64,000 bases of DNA. Origin: Trypanosoma brucei. Taxonomy: Eukaryota. The stretch covers positions 512,001 to 576,000 of the forward strand of contig CP000069.1 of assembly GCA_000002445.1 (NCBI GenBank), written 5' to 3'. The position numbers and the translations under genes are program-made. Below the pieces are notes generated by a model, which saw only the letters and a list, made by a program, of their open reading frames with translations, ran no database searches and had not been told where the DNA came from. Below are positions 40,484 through 51,440 of the stretch, piece after piece. The number at the start of each line of letters is the position of its first letter. Position 1 is the first letter of the stretch.

Positions 40484-41284
40484 TCACACGTGAGACACCC
40501 CACCTCCCTCCACACTAACACTTGGACAAGCCACTGAATTATTGACTTCACCTCCATCATCACTACACGTGTGCTTTTCCTTCTGGCCGTTCACCACAGC
40601 ACTTTTATTCCCAAGTGGAAATGTGTTACTATTCCTATACCTCGCCGCACCACATGCAAGACATGTCTCATCTGTACTGCGGTTAACTGATGTACAAATT
40701 GGACAGGGCCATGCTGCTGGCCCATCTGCTGAGGCGGCAGTACCCACCGTACTTTCTGTGGGACTATACACTACAATATCCTGAGGCCTGGGATCCACGA
40801 AACGAACTGATTTGTTTTCGAGAACAATCGCACGCAGAAGGTGACGGCCAGTGCGCTGTTCAACTTTACGAGCAAGTACCGCAAGTGACTGAAGTTCCGG
40901 TTCGTCAGCAAACATGCGAGAGTACTCCAACAATGTCAACCTTGCAAGATGCCGGGACCGACGCCGCTCTGATCCCTCCGCACGGCCAATCGCTAATGAA
41001 ACTAAATTTTCCTGCAAAACGCAGTCTTGAGCCATGGCGCTATGGAAGGAGGAGCTGCAGGAGTTGACAAGCCCTTCTAACAACACCAAATATCCATATA
41101 AATGCGCTCCAGAAGTTCTACCAAGGCCGTCACCGATAACAGATGCAACTAAGTGTGGATGTGCCTCCGCCAACTCCATACATTCCGTCGGCGGTACGGC
41201 GGGGGCTTTGCTTGCTTCGGAGCAAACTTTTGAAACATGTAAACGGAGCTTGATGTCATGAAACGTCCGCCGGAAGAATTCCAT
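40484..41284 (-). CDS. Hypothetical protein with a C-terminal RanBP2-type zinc finger.
   Basis: WPCPICTSVNRSTDETCLACGAARY fits the W-x-C-x2-C-x3-N-x6-C-x2-C pattern. The track start is GTG; the ATG is at 41282-41284 (MEFFRRT). Confidence 0.5.
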   Translation of the reverse strand: MEFFRRTFHDIKLRLHVSKVCSEASKAPAVPPTECMELAEAHPHLVASVIGDGLGRTSGAHLYGYLVLLEGLVNSCSSSFHSAMAQDCVLQENLVSLAIGRAEGSERRRSRHLARLTLLEYSRMFADEPELQSLAVLARKVEQRTGRHLLRAIVLENKSVRFVDPRPQDIVVYSPTESTVGTAASADGPAAWPCPICTSVNRSTDETCLACGAARYRNSNTFPLGNKSAVVNGQKEKHTCSDDGGEVNNSVACPSVSVEGGGVSHV

Positions 41285-41855
41285 CACTTTTCCTTCCCCC
41301 CCTTAAAAACTGTTCTTCCTCCTCTTTTCAATCCCTTTACCTGCTGACACACACACACACACACGCCAGTGTGTCAAAGTGTTAAGCCACAGCAGCAAAG
41401 CACGACTTAAAGTCTGAGATGGGCTGACGCCTCCCTTTCCCTCAATGAAGTAGCCTCACCACCTAAGAAAATGTGAGCTAATGTGGAAGAGTAAATACAT
41501 GTCGGCGAAAAAAAAAAATGCAGAAAAATAGAGTCGGCCACCGTCGAGGTTCGCGCGTGTGAGTCGGCGGTAAAGAAAGAAAAACAAAAACAGGGTGATA
41601 ACTAACAAATTAAAGGCATTAGGCTCCGTGAGCCATCGCACAAACACACAACTTCATAGTAGAGCAGCGTACGCCTTTCCAACCACCGCTCGTTGGTGCC
41701 ACTCAAACCAACTCAAAGTCACTGAAGGCAACTTATCATCCCCCCTTTCCCTCCCCCCCGAAAAAAAGTTGTGCCCTGTTTAAGGGACTTTCCTTCGCCA
41801 AGTGTGTGGACGCACCAAAATAAAAAAAGAGAAAAAAAAACAGGCGTAACTTTCC

Positions 41856-42905
41856 TCAACCCCGCTTAAACTCGTAGGTTGGAAGTGTTTCCGCGTACGG
41901 ACCTGCATGGGGGCTGTACAATGGTTGATTCACTTCCCCGTGCATCTTCCGCAGTTCCGGGTGAAGCTGCTCCGTCAAGTGCCTCGAACATAAATCATAC
42001 GTCACCAGCAGTAGTGCCGCAGGGATGGAATTTAGTATCGGGCGGCTAGCGAAAAAACCATCGTAAATTTTGGTGATTCCATGTTTCCTGCGCACCTCCA
42101 CTATGTAAGAACGGAATGTGTGCGGCCGTCCGCGTGTGTGTTGATTCCGAATACGCACCTGCTGTCGTATGGAAAGAAATGGGTACTGCAGTATTTTACC
42201 TAGCAGCGCACCGCCGTGACAGTAAAGAAACAATACGGGAGTCCCGTGATACACGCCATCATACCTCACAGCGTTATACACACCCCATGTAGTGCCTAAC
42301 AGCGCCACTTGACTACAGGCTGCTACAGATACGCCGCGGTAAATGCCGAGAAGCACATTTGGTTTTTCAGTCACCGCCTTCATGAAGACATCCCAAGCAC
42401 CCACAAACTTCATTGGACCCTTCTCTGCCTCTGCTGTCGCGAGGAGGACCTCATACGGATGACGGAGAACCGCGTACAACAAACCAGTTAAACAGCCAGC
42501 AGTAAAACCACAAGTAGTGTTGCTTTCACATGGAATCAAATCGCGAAGCTTTGTGAATGCGGTCAACTGAAACGCGTAGCTGGCAATCGTCCATAGGTTA
42601 GATGGACCTGCAAGCCATTTTATGCCAAAAAGAGTCCTAAAGAAATGTGCACGTTTGTCTGATGCGTAAATGCGACTAGATTCACCTGGGACGTCACAGA
42701 GAAAGTAAAATGCATGCAGTTTTTCAATTGGACGCCGCAACCACGCCGTGATAGTGGAAGCAGAAAGAATAACTGCCGCATGTTGTTGGTGACTTAGTTG
42801 CGGCTCCGTATACCCACGGACCCTTATTGCAGGGTCACAAAATTTCCCTACGGGACGGAATCCAAAGGAAGCATGATAACCAGTCGTGCCAGTGGACGTT
42901 TGCAT
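41856..42905 (-). CDS. Mitochondrial carrier family-like protein (divergent).
   Basis: A three-fold internal repeat structure is visible, with carrier-like segments (PYEVLLATAEAEKGPMKFVGAWDVFMKAVTEKPNVLLGIYRGVSVAA; YPFLSIRQQVRIR...KIYDGFFASRPILNSIPAALLLVTYD). The signature motifs are degenerate. Confidence 0.45.
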   Translation of the reverse strand: MQTSTGTTGYHASFGFRPVGKFCDPAIRVRGYTEPQLSHQQHAAVILSASTITAWLRRPIEKLHAFYFLCDVPGESSRIYASDKRAHFFRTLFGIKWLAGPSNLWTIASYAFQLTAFTKLRDLIPCESNTTCGFTAGCLTGLLYAVLRHPYEVLLATAEAEKGPMKFVGAWDVFMKAVTEKPNVLLGIYRGVSVAACSQVALLGTTWGVYNAVRYDGVYHGTPVLFLYCHGGALLGKILQYPFLSIRQQVRIRNQHTRGRPHTFRSYIVEVRRKHGITKIYDGFFASRPILNSIPAALLLVTYDLCSRHLTEQLHPELRKMHGEVNQPLYSPHAGPYAETLPTYEFKRG

Positions 42906-43504
42906 AAATTTCGTTTCACCACTTTAGGTGACGAAATTTCCCGTTTTTTTTTTCCACTCCTATGTTTGTCTGGCACTTCGCGTTCGCAAATACAAGAAAA
43001 AGAGGGGTGGTGGCGGTGGTGGTGGTGGTAGTGAAAGAAAACGGAAGACAAATGGCCACAAGCACGACGTGTACGAGCTAAAAAACACGTACAAATAATG
43101 ATAATAATAATGATCCAGTTGTACAAATGCAACTGGGTTCCCCGGTACTGCCACCAACATCGTCGTCGCGTCAGACCCCAGTTCTCTTACGTCGGTAACG
43201 TACAACAAAAAAAAAACAGTAGTTAAGCAGCAAAACACCACTTTCGTTCCTTTTTCTTCCACCGCTAGTGGGAGCGCCCCCTGCGGTGTAATTTCATATC
43301 TGTGATGGTGGGGAAACATTTTCCACGAAGGCAAGAATAATGTAAATTAAAACCCGCCCTGCAAGTAGCAGATTATACTCGTGGCAAATAATACAGCATT
43401 TGCACCGTGCTGGTTATCTGTGACTCTTTGAGACAAACGCACAGATCAGCTGAATCATGACGTAACTTAAATGCATTTGTCCCGAGTGTTCATACAGATG
43501 CACA

Positions 43505-43507
<3 letters not shown>

Positions 43508-43553
<46 letters not shown>
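43508..43553. repeat. Compound microsatellite (TA)n followed by (TG)n.
   Basis: The run is catatatatatatatatatatatatatatatatgtgtgtgtgtgtgtgtac. Confidence 0.9.
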
Positions 43554-44534
43554 ACGCGTTGCTATCACCATTACTTTTCAGACAGCAAAGAAGAAAAGAG
43601 ACCGCAACATATTACAGTTCTATCGGTGGACCACCAATCTGAAAAAAAAAGGTGCAGTGAACATATTTGTGCACTATCAGCAACAGCACCTCCTCATTGG
43701 AACCGTAAAGATATGGTTAACTATCACCTCAACGATACGCTGAAGACAGCAGATTTTTAGCCTAGAAGTATGAAAGGGTCATATATCCTACAGTTATTTC
43801 ACCCTTATGATTGTTGCACTCGCTAGCGGGAGGCTACACAAAAAGACAACAGAAGAAATGTAATACAGAAGCCACAGAAATGCGCATAAAGGGTAGCGTA
43901 ACCGATAGATATTGAAAAAACAGCAACTGAAAGCTAAGGAAGCGTGTCCGTGTCTGTGTGATGGGTGAAAATGCCTCACATAATATAACGGTTAAAGAGC
44001 GTCGCACTGCCAGTTGATGTGGTGCTTGTACATTTAAACCCGCGTCCTCTATTTATTCTGCATTACTTGCAGAGTATCATTATCCACCACCAACTCACAG
44101 TCCCGCGCATTATTGCGCAGCGGGGGGGGGAGAGGGGAGTAGCGCGGCGAGGGATCACACCAGCAGAACTTAGGCCTAACAGCGCAGAGTGTTATTAAAA
44201 GAACACACGAAACAAGACCATAAGCACTGGAAGGTTTTTAAAAAAAATATCGATAAGAACAGTTAATCTTAGGGGAAAAAATAACGAATAATTTGATGTA
44301 TGGTTCATATACGTTACACACATTAAGTCCATCCATATCTAACAAGGGTAACAGGAACAAAGGGGAGTTTAAGTGACTACTGCCGCTAGTAGAATATTGC
44401 GTTAGAAAAATAAACCAGCGGACGTGGGCGGAGACAAACACATCACAAGTAGGGGAAATTTACCTGTCCTCTATGAGCCATCAGCCGATGCCCATGTTTA
44501 AAAAAATAAAACATTTCCCCACGGGATCGTCTAG

Positions 44535-45425
44535 TTATTTCCCCTTCTTTCGGAGCACGGTGTTGAGGTGTGTGGCCAAACGGTAACCTGCGAGCGTTAT
44601 GCGCTTTTCAGCCATCTCCTTGCATGCACTAATATACTCCTCTGACAATTCAGTTCCATTAACAACATTAGCGTACGCCACTTTCTTTGCAAAATTAGAG
44701 CCCTCCTTCGATATTGCGGTGGCGCCAGTTTTCTTTTTCTCGCCTTCTGAAAATTTGTACGTTGCAATCAGTTTAGTGGCAAAATCTCTAACTTTAGAGT
44801 AATCCTCCGTATTAAGGGGCCGCTCCAATGACTCTGAAGGACCCCGGCAAATGGAATCCCACACGGCATGGAGCTTCATTGGGACCCCTCTGAAATCCAC
44901 ATGCACCAAATTGCCACCCTGATCTCCTTCCGGATAATCAGCGGAAACCTGCGAAGTCGTATGCAGAGGTTGATGAATATCACCATAGTAATGTACGAGA
45001 TGGGCAAGGGCAAAGGATCGCACATATATGGGAGTATCTGTCCGTCTTAGTGCCTTCGACAAACCGTTGATAACACTTACAACATCGGACTTTTGTTTAA
45101 GAGTTACGTTCGGTTTAAAGCCATCCCTAATGTACATATTGGCCGTATAGTGCCAACCGTCCATGGCACCCATGCGGTAACGCTTCAAATCATCTGGCCA
45201 ACAGGCACTTTGAACGAAATCGGGAATATTCGGGAACGGCCCGCTTTCGCTCAAGTGTTGTATATATGTCTCAACCACCCTGGCTACATCATTGTCAAGG
45301 TTACGTCGGGCTATTTCAGCAACAACCATATGGCCGAAATCCCACCACCCATCAACAGCCGCTGGAATGAAGGAAGTAATCAGAGCCAAGGTTATGCAAA
45401 GTGATGAAAGTGATGGATTCTTCAT
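44535..45425 (-). CDS. S1/P1-type (class I) nuclease / 3'-nucleotidase-nuclease family protein with a signal peptide. This is paralogue 1 of a tandem pair.
   Basis: MKNPSLSSLCITLALITSFIPAAVDGWWDFGHMVVAEIARRNL carries the WGxxGH zinc-ligand start typical of P1/S1 nucleases. The track ORF (to 45533) begins at a GTG. The ATG at 45423-45425 matches the start of the downstream copy. Confidence 0.75.
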   Translation of the reverse strand: MKNPSLSSLCITLALITSFIPAAVDGWWDFGHMVVAEIARRNLDNDVARVVETYIQHLSESGPFPNIPDFVQSACWPDDLKRYRMGAMDGWHYTANMYIRDGFKPNVTLKQKSDVVSVINGLSKALRRTDTPIYVRSFALAHLVHYYGDIHQPLHTTSQVSADYPEGDQGGNLVHVDFRGVPMKLHAVWDSICRGPSESLERPLNTEDYSKVRDFATKLIATYKFSEGEKKKTGATAISKEGSNFAKKVAYANVVNGTELSEEYISACKEMAEKRITLAGYRLATHLNTVLRKKGK

Positions 45426-47145
45426 GGTGTTGAGATGTCTTCCCTTTTCGAGGTATTTCCCACTTTTCCTCTTTGTCAAGCGCTTACGGAAAACTGTATA
45501 AATTGTATCTGTAGTTTTTATTCGTGTGAACACCTACTACGGTCGGTTTGTATTCACCCTGATTGGTTTTCTACGAACAGTATCACATTGGTGAGACACA
45601 AGACAAAGAACCAAGGGTTAGGGGGCGTAAGTATTTGCGTTGACGATGAACGAATAGATAAAGGTAAAACAACCACAAAAAGGCAAGCCCCATTACAACT
45701 ACAACAGGTTATATTAGCATAACTTTTATAGTGGGGGGTGATTGGAGCAAACGAATATTTATATGGAAGTTGGCTTCAATAGACAAGCGCAAAAATTGAG
45801 CCACACTCCTAACGTGACGATGGCATTTGTACATGAAATCTACGGGATCCAGCAATCTCCACAATTCGGAGAGCGTCACCAAAAGGCCCACCACGGCACT
45901 GCACATCACAGCAGAGAGGAGAAGGCAACATAGGCAGGAAACCTGAACAACGAAGCCAAGAGGACAGCAACAGGAAACCCCGAGAACGGTCACAAATACC
46001 GTATCTGGTGTGCCCCGCAGCAGATAACGTGAGATGTACCAACGGTTTCGATTCCACCATATCCTTCACAAACCAGAGAACAACAAAGCGCAAGACAGAA
46101 AAAAGCATTAAACAAACATAGCAAGTGCTTACGCAACTTTTTCTTTACAAAATATAACGCACAAATTACGACTGCCTCACTGGTCTTCAGCAAACAGATG
46201 CTCATCACCTCCTACATAGTCCGGATTCGCTTCTCGTTTTTCCCCTCGCACTCTCAGCACGGTATTGAGATGTGTGGCCAAACGGTAACCTGCGAGCGTT
46301 ATGCGCTTTTCAGCCATCTCCTTGCATGCACTAATATACTCCTCTGACAATTCAGTTCCATTTACAACATTAGCGTACGCCACTTTCTTTGCTAACTCGA
46401 AACCCTCCCTTGACATGACAACTGGGTTGGTTTGTTCCTTCTCCTTTTGTGAAAATTTGTACGTTGCAATCAGTTTAGTGGCAAAACTCTTCAATCTTAT
46501 GTAATCTATTATGTTGAGGGGCCGCTCCAATGACTCTGAAGGACCCCGGCAAATGGAATCCCACACGGCATGGAGCTTCATTGGGACCCCTCTGAAATCC
46601 ACATGCACCAAATTGCCACCCTGATCTCCTTCCGGATAATCAGCGGAAACCTGCGAAGTCGTATGCAGAGGTTGATGAATATCACCATAGTAATGTACGA
46701 GATGGGCAAGGGCAAAGGATCGCACATATATGGGAGTATCTGTCCGTCTTAGTGCCTTCGACAAACCGTTGATAACACTTACAACATCGGACTTTTGTTT
46801 AAGAGTTACGTTCGGTTTAAAGCCATCCCTAATGTACATATTGGCCGTATAGTGCCAACCGTCCATGGCACCCATGCGGTAACGCTTCAAATCATCTGGC
46901 CAACAGGCACTTTGAACGAAATCGGGAATATTCGGGAACGGCCCGCTTTCGCTCAAGTGTTGTATATATGTCTCAACCACCCTGGCTACATCATTGTCAA
47001 GGTTACGTCGGGCTATTTCAGCGACAACCATATGGCCGAAATCCCACCATCCATCAACAGCCGCTGGAATGAAGGAAGTAATCAGAGCCAAGGTTATGCA
47101 AAGTGATGAAAGTGATGGATTCTTCATGGTGTTGAGATGTCTTCT
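44556..47145 (-). repeat. Tandem gene duplication with a 1,702-bp period: two near-identical S1/P1 nuclease units carrying a short divergent internal patch.
   Basis: Identical shadow ORFs lie 1,702 nt apart on the plus strand (44868..45050 and 46570..46752; 45093..45404 and 46795..47106, the latter differing by 2 aa). Identity breaks around 44690-44830 versus 46392-46530 and resumes on both sides. Confidence 0.85.
46177..47127 (-). CDS. S1/P1-type (class I) nuclease family protein with a signal peptide. This is paralogue 2 of the tandem pair and has a longer acidic C-terminal tail.
   Basis: The N-terminal roughly 230 aa are identical to copy 1. The C-terminus diverges (…VLRVRGEKREANPDYVGGDEHLFAEDQ). 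Confidence 0.75.
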   Translation of the reverse strand: MKNPSLSSLCITLALITSFIPAAVDGWWDFGHMVVAEIARRNLDNDVARVVETYIQHLSESGPFPNIPDFVQSACWPDDLKRYRMGAMDGWHYTANMYIRDGFKPNVTLKQKSDVVSVINGLSKALRRTDTPIYVRSFALAHLVHYYGDIHQPLHTTSQVSADYPEGDQGGNLVHVDFRGVPMKLHAVWDSICRGPSESLERPLNIIDYIRLKSFATKLIATYKFSQKEKEQTNPVVMSREGFELAKKVAYANVVNGTELSEEYISACKEMAEKRITLAGYRLATHLNTVLRVRGEKREANPDYVGGDEHLFAEDQ

Positions 47146-48624
47146 GCTGTGATATCTCTTCTCTTATTATTTGGTCTGAAATACGTTTTTTTGTGTTGCA
47201 ATAATATGTGTTTATGGATGTGTTTGCACGCTTTCGGCGGCGCAGCAGTATTTCCTCAGAACCCCGTTGACCCACAAGAGGAAGGGAATAAAGCAAGGAA
47301 TAGAGAGAAAAGGGTTTGCGGCGTACATCGCACAGTGTAACAGATTAAGGCCCAGCATCATCTCTAACAAAACAAACTCCAAACAAACCCTGGGCAAAGA
47401 CGGAGTGTGAACCATCATTCCGCCATGTACTCTCGGTGCTATCCCTGAGTACATGCAGCGGTACTCCCTCCATTAAAACATCAAGTGGAGTTTCAGAAAG
47501 TGTCGTACTCTTACGCACTGCATTCGTATTTCATTTTTTTTTTACCTGTTGGACAGCAAATCCTCAGAAGAGTTGTGAATCATCTACATTAGCACCGACT
47601 GCAACGCGTTATTTGAGGACAGGTTATAGTCGTTTCAACTTGTAAGCACAAGGAAAAGAACAGAAGAACAAAAGAAGAAACAACACAACGATGTTAGGAA
47701 TACGAAAGGTTGTCCCCTGTCGGATATATCGCAATTCCAACCAACCCTCCCTCACAACTTCTCATGATTTGGTTACACTATGCATGGCTCCTTTCATCAC
47801 CTTTTTTTCGTTTTTATCGATTTTTTTTTTAAACGCAAAAGGGACAGTAAAAAGCAACAGAAGAAAAAAGTCACTTGCGATTACATGGTATTCACTTGTT
47901 TCTTTCCATTGGACATGACGCACGTCACACGCGTTCAAGGCAGTTACTCTGTCATACACGTCTTAGTGGAGGTACGCTTGAGCTTTTTGTGTTGTCTTCG
48001 ACTAATAAAATAGTGTGTCACCCATCCCCTGCTTTATTCCCTTACACTTCCCGCACCATAAAACAAAGAGTAGAAGAAAGGCAAGAACACGAGGGTAAAA
48101 GAAAAGAGAATGGATGTGGTAGACAAGACAGGGTTTGAATTGTTACGCACACACATGTGAACGCAGAAAACACACACACATATATATATGTATATATTGA
48201 CGTTGCTTTCCCTCAATCGGTAACACTTTTGCACGTTAGCGCGGCCGCTCACAATAACCCAACATTATGAAGAGGGCACGACTAAAAGGAAAAGAGGGGA
48301 ATGGGGACGCAACAACAATTCATATAACCCCTCGCCTCCTCATGCACTTTTCGTCGCTTGCGCCGTTGATGCAACCGGAGTTTCTCCACCAAGGCGAGGA
48401 AAGTGAAGGAAGGAAGGAAAAAAAAAAAAAGAGACGAAGGAATATGTGTGCGTGGGATAATATAACAAGAATGTATGCCTTTTCCTCCTGGCGTTGGGCG
48501 GTCGTGAATTTCTACATGTACGCCAATCCCGTCAGGAGGTGTGCGACATGGCAAAAGGAAAGTAAGAAACGAATCAACTTTTTGAACATGTGTACGGGTC
48601 GGCTACGGAGGTTCGCACAGCCTC

Positions 48625-50337
48625 TCACCAAATCCATTTCTCTTCAGAGAGGCACCTCTGCACGATCTCCTCACCCCGTTCGGAGAAAATATCATCAAAA
48701 AAATTTCTCACATCGCGCTCTGCGTTGCTAAGCGGTCTGTCAAGTCTCTTACCAGGGCGAAGTAGCCCCAGTTTAACACGAAACGTGTTCGTTGGGGGAT
48801 CACCACCTGCCTGCCCAGTTTCTGCACCACCTTCACCTGAAACAGGAGCGGCAGAAGCTTTGGCGGTGGGCTCCAGTCCGAGAATATCAAGAAGGTTCCT
48901 GAACTCTTCCGGTTTCAGAACAACCATAAGTGGATCCGATAGTTCCACCAGTTGTGTTGGCATCTCATGTGGTCTCTCAGAGAGTGTGGAGGAATACACC
49001 TGATACCACGCGTCAAGGGCCATTGCAGTTAATTCATTCTTGACACGATCCTCCGGTTTATCTTCCAGTGAGGCGCCCGCATGTTTCTGTGCCATGGCAT
49101 CAAGCTCCTGCTGAGCGAGTGTCGGGGACGGGAGGCCGGAGTTTATTTCCAGGTTCCTCAAAGCATCCTCCAGTAGTGTGTCTGCGAAGTAGGTCATTGC
49201 GGGCCTGAGGGGATGTCTCAACGGAACCTTAAGGTTGTTTCCTGTCTTGGGTAATTTCTTTGGTGAAAGCCCAAGGCGCTTGGCCTCGCGCACGTGCGAG
49301 GCGTTACATTGATGGCCAAGATCATTGTCACGCGAAAGCTCGTACAGCTCTGTATCCATAATGAGCAGATGCCTCTGCCGATCCTGCCGTTTCTTTATCC
49401 GATCTTTTGTAGAGGAACCATTGTTCAGCATCTCCACGCGCATGGTGAGTGTGACTGGAATGCGGACGGTACGTGGATTTAAGCTATCACCAGACACACG
49501 CAGGGAGCTGCACCAGAGTAACCACGGTCGGTTATCATCATCTATACGGAAATGCAATACCATTCGGGTGATCAACTTGCGGTCAGTAAAATACACATGG
49601 TCAACCACCTCCCGACAAAGGAGGTCTAAACGACCCTTTGTTTCGTCGGCAACAAGGGATAGTTCACTCAGGTGATTATCGCCGTCAAAAGTTGCAGCGC
49701 GCATATGAACGGGCACGCGATGATCGTCTAGTCTGTACTTGTTTGTTCGTTTGTACACTACCGCCATGAGTGGTGACCAAGATACCTGTAGCTGCGCGTT
49801 GCGCCGCATCGTCGTCTCGCCCTTTGGAGGCACAAACTTCTGCAGGATGCCGTCGGGCTTTCGTGATTTATTAAAGAGAAATTCACGGAGCGTCTCGGCA
49901 GTGAAGATTTCCGAGTAAGAGATCAGTTCTCCATTTGGTGTGAGGGATTCTGGGTCGTCCACAGGGCAAGTGGTGAGGAATTGTGCCACAATCTCATACC
50001 CTGCTGTGGGCCGGCTGAAATGTTGGTAGATGGATTGGGCGTCCAGCATCTTTCCCGGATGTTTGTTAATCTCACGCGCTTCGGCGTCGTATGTGTACCA
50101 TGCTCGCGGGAAATTGTGTTCGTACACCACCGTGTCGGGTAAGCGCACATTCTTCAGGCGGCTCTCACTGCCTTTATTCTTCTTCCACAAATGAAGGTAA
50201 AGTTGTGGCCTCAGCCCGTCGCCCTCGAGTGGATGGTGCTTCGCCCAGTCTTTGCTGTACAACACCTTCACACCAGAAGGCGAGACGTACCCACGGCGAT
50301 ACGTTGGCACATCGGCAAACATGCGATTGCTCGACAT
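48625..50337 (-). CDS. Conserved hypothetical protein (570 aa).
   Basis: A long ATG-initiated ORF with non-repetitive, coding-like composition. No domain recognised. Confidence 0.5.
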   Translation of the reverse strand: MSSNRMFADVPTYRRGYVSPSGVKVLYSKDWAKHHPLEGDGLRPQLYLHLWKKNKGSESRLKNVRLPDTVVYEHNFPRAWYTYDAEAREINKHPGKMLDAQSIYQHFSRPTAGYEIVAQFLTTCPVDDPESLTPNGELISYSEIFTAETLREFLFNKSRKPDGILQKFVPPKGETTMRRNAQLQVSWSPLMAVVYKRTNKYRLDDHRVPVHMRAATFDGDNHLSELSLVADETKGRLDLLCREVVDHVYFTDRKLITRMVLHFRIDDDNRPWLLWCSSLRVSGDSLNPRTVRIPVTLTMRVEMLNNGSSTKDRIKKRQDRQRHLLIMDTELYELSRDNDLGHQCNASHVREAKRLGLSPKKLPKTGNNLKVPLRHPLRPAMTYFADTLLEDALRNLEINSGLPSPTLAQQELDAMAQKHAGASLEDKPEDRVKNELTAMALDAWYQVYSSTLSERPHEMPTQLVELSDPLMVVLKPEEFRNLLDILGLEPTAKASAAPVSGEGGAETGQAGGDPPTNTFRVKLGLLRPGKRLDRPLSNAERDVRNFFDDIFSERGEEIVQRCLSEEKWIW

Positions 50338-51440
50338 CCCGCTTTCGTTAGCCTACTAACTTTCCCTTGTCTTTCACTTTTCTACTTACAAACACAATTG
50401 CTGTTTGTTTGTTTGTCCTAACACTTGTCTTTTCTTCTTTTTCGTTTGTCTTCTACTAGTCACTTTTGCGTCTTTTCTCTCTTTTCTTTGGTTTTGTTCG
50501 CCTACTTCTTGGTTCCTGGTGCGCGTTTGTATAGCGTTGCACCCACCCGAGAGGCTCTAAAGTAATTATGCAAATAATCTACTTGTTGGTATAAGTAATG
50601 TAATAAGTATTAGTGCACTCTTTACCTTTATTTCTCCGCGCTTTCCCTCTCTAATGTGAACTTTTAACCCTGCTCTCTTTATCTATCTTTTCCCCTCACG
50701 CACTCGCTCCCCGACGGACGAGTTGTGTTTGTTGTTAAATTTCTTTATTTGCTGGGGAAGCTAACCAAAAAAAAAAAATGCCACAAGAGTGTAAATTTAC
50801 GAACGAAAACAACCGGCCGAACGACCAGTTTGGCCGGAGGAGATAAAGAGAAAAGGACAAAAAAGGGAAGAGAATACAAAAAAAACAGTAGTAGTGTTCA
50901 GTGAAGGGAAGTTCTCCTTTCAGCCGTTCCTGTAGCCTACTGGAAACGGGGATAGTCTACGAAAAGACACACATGCACAAACAGTGGAAGTGGGAGCAGA
51001 GATGTTGCAAAGAGCGGCTGAAACAACAGAACACTTCAAAGCACTCACACGTGCGTACAATATATATATATATATATTGTACGCACAGATTTGTATACAT
51101 TCTCTCACCACCTTCCTTTCTCAGCACCCGCAACTCCATGAACTCCACGTGCCGCACTCACTTGCACGTGCCCCCCCCCCACTAATCTTCACGTGCATAC
51201 GCGCACACAAACACAAAGGACGCGCAATGTCACCATACAACGCTCAAGGCTAAGGGATACAAACATTTTTTTTTTGAAAAAAGGAAGGCCAAGAAGAGTC
51301 CACACAACGACAAACCCCCCTCGACACATTGACCCAACACAAGAATCAGCTTTCAACAAAATACCCCCTCTTTTTTTTTCTTGCTCTCGGCTATTTATTC
51401 ACCTTGTCTTATTTTGTTCCCGACGCTGCTACAATTTCCT

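Noticed and set aside
44868-45404. Identical plus-strand ORFs inside both nuclease copies (44868..45050 and 46570..46752; 45093..45404 and 46795..47106).
   Set aside because: They are antisense shadow frames of the duplicated S1/P1 nuclease genes. They are useful only as evidence of the duplication.
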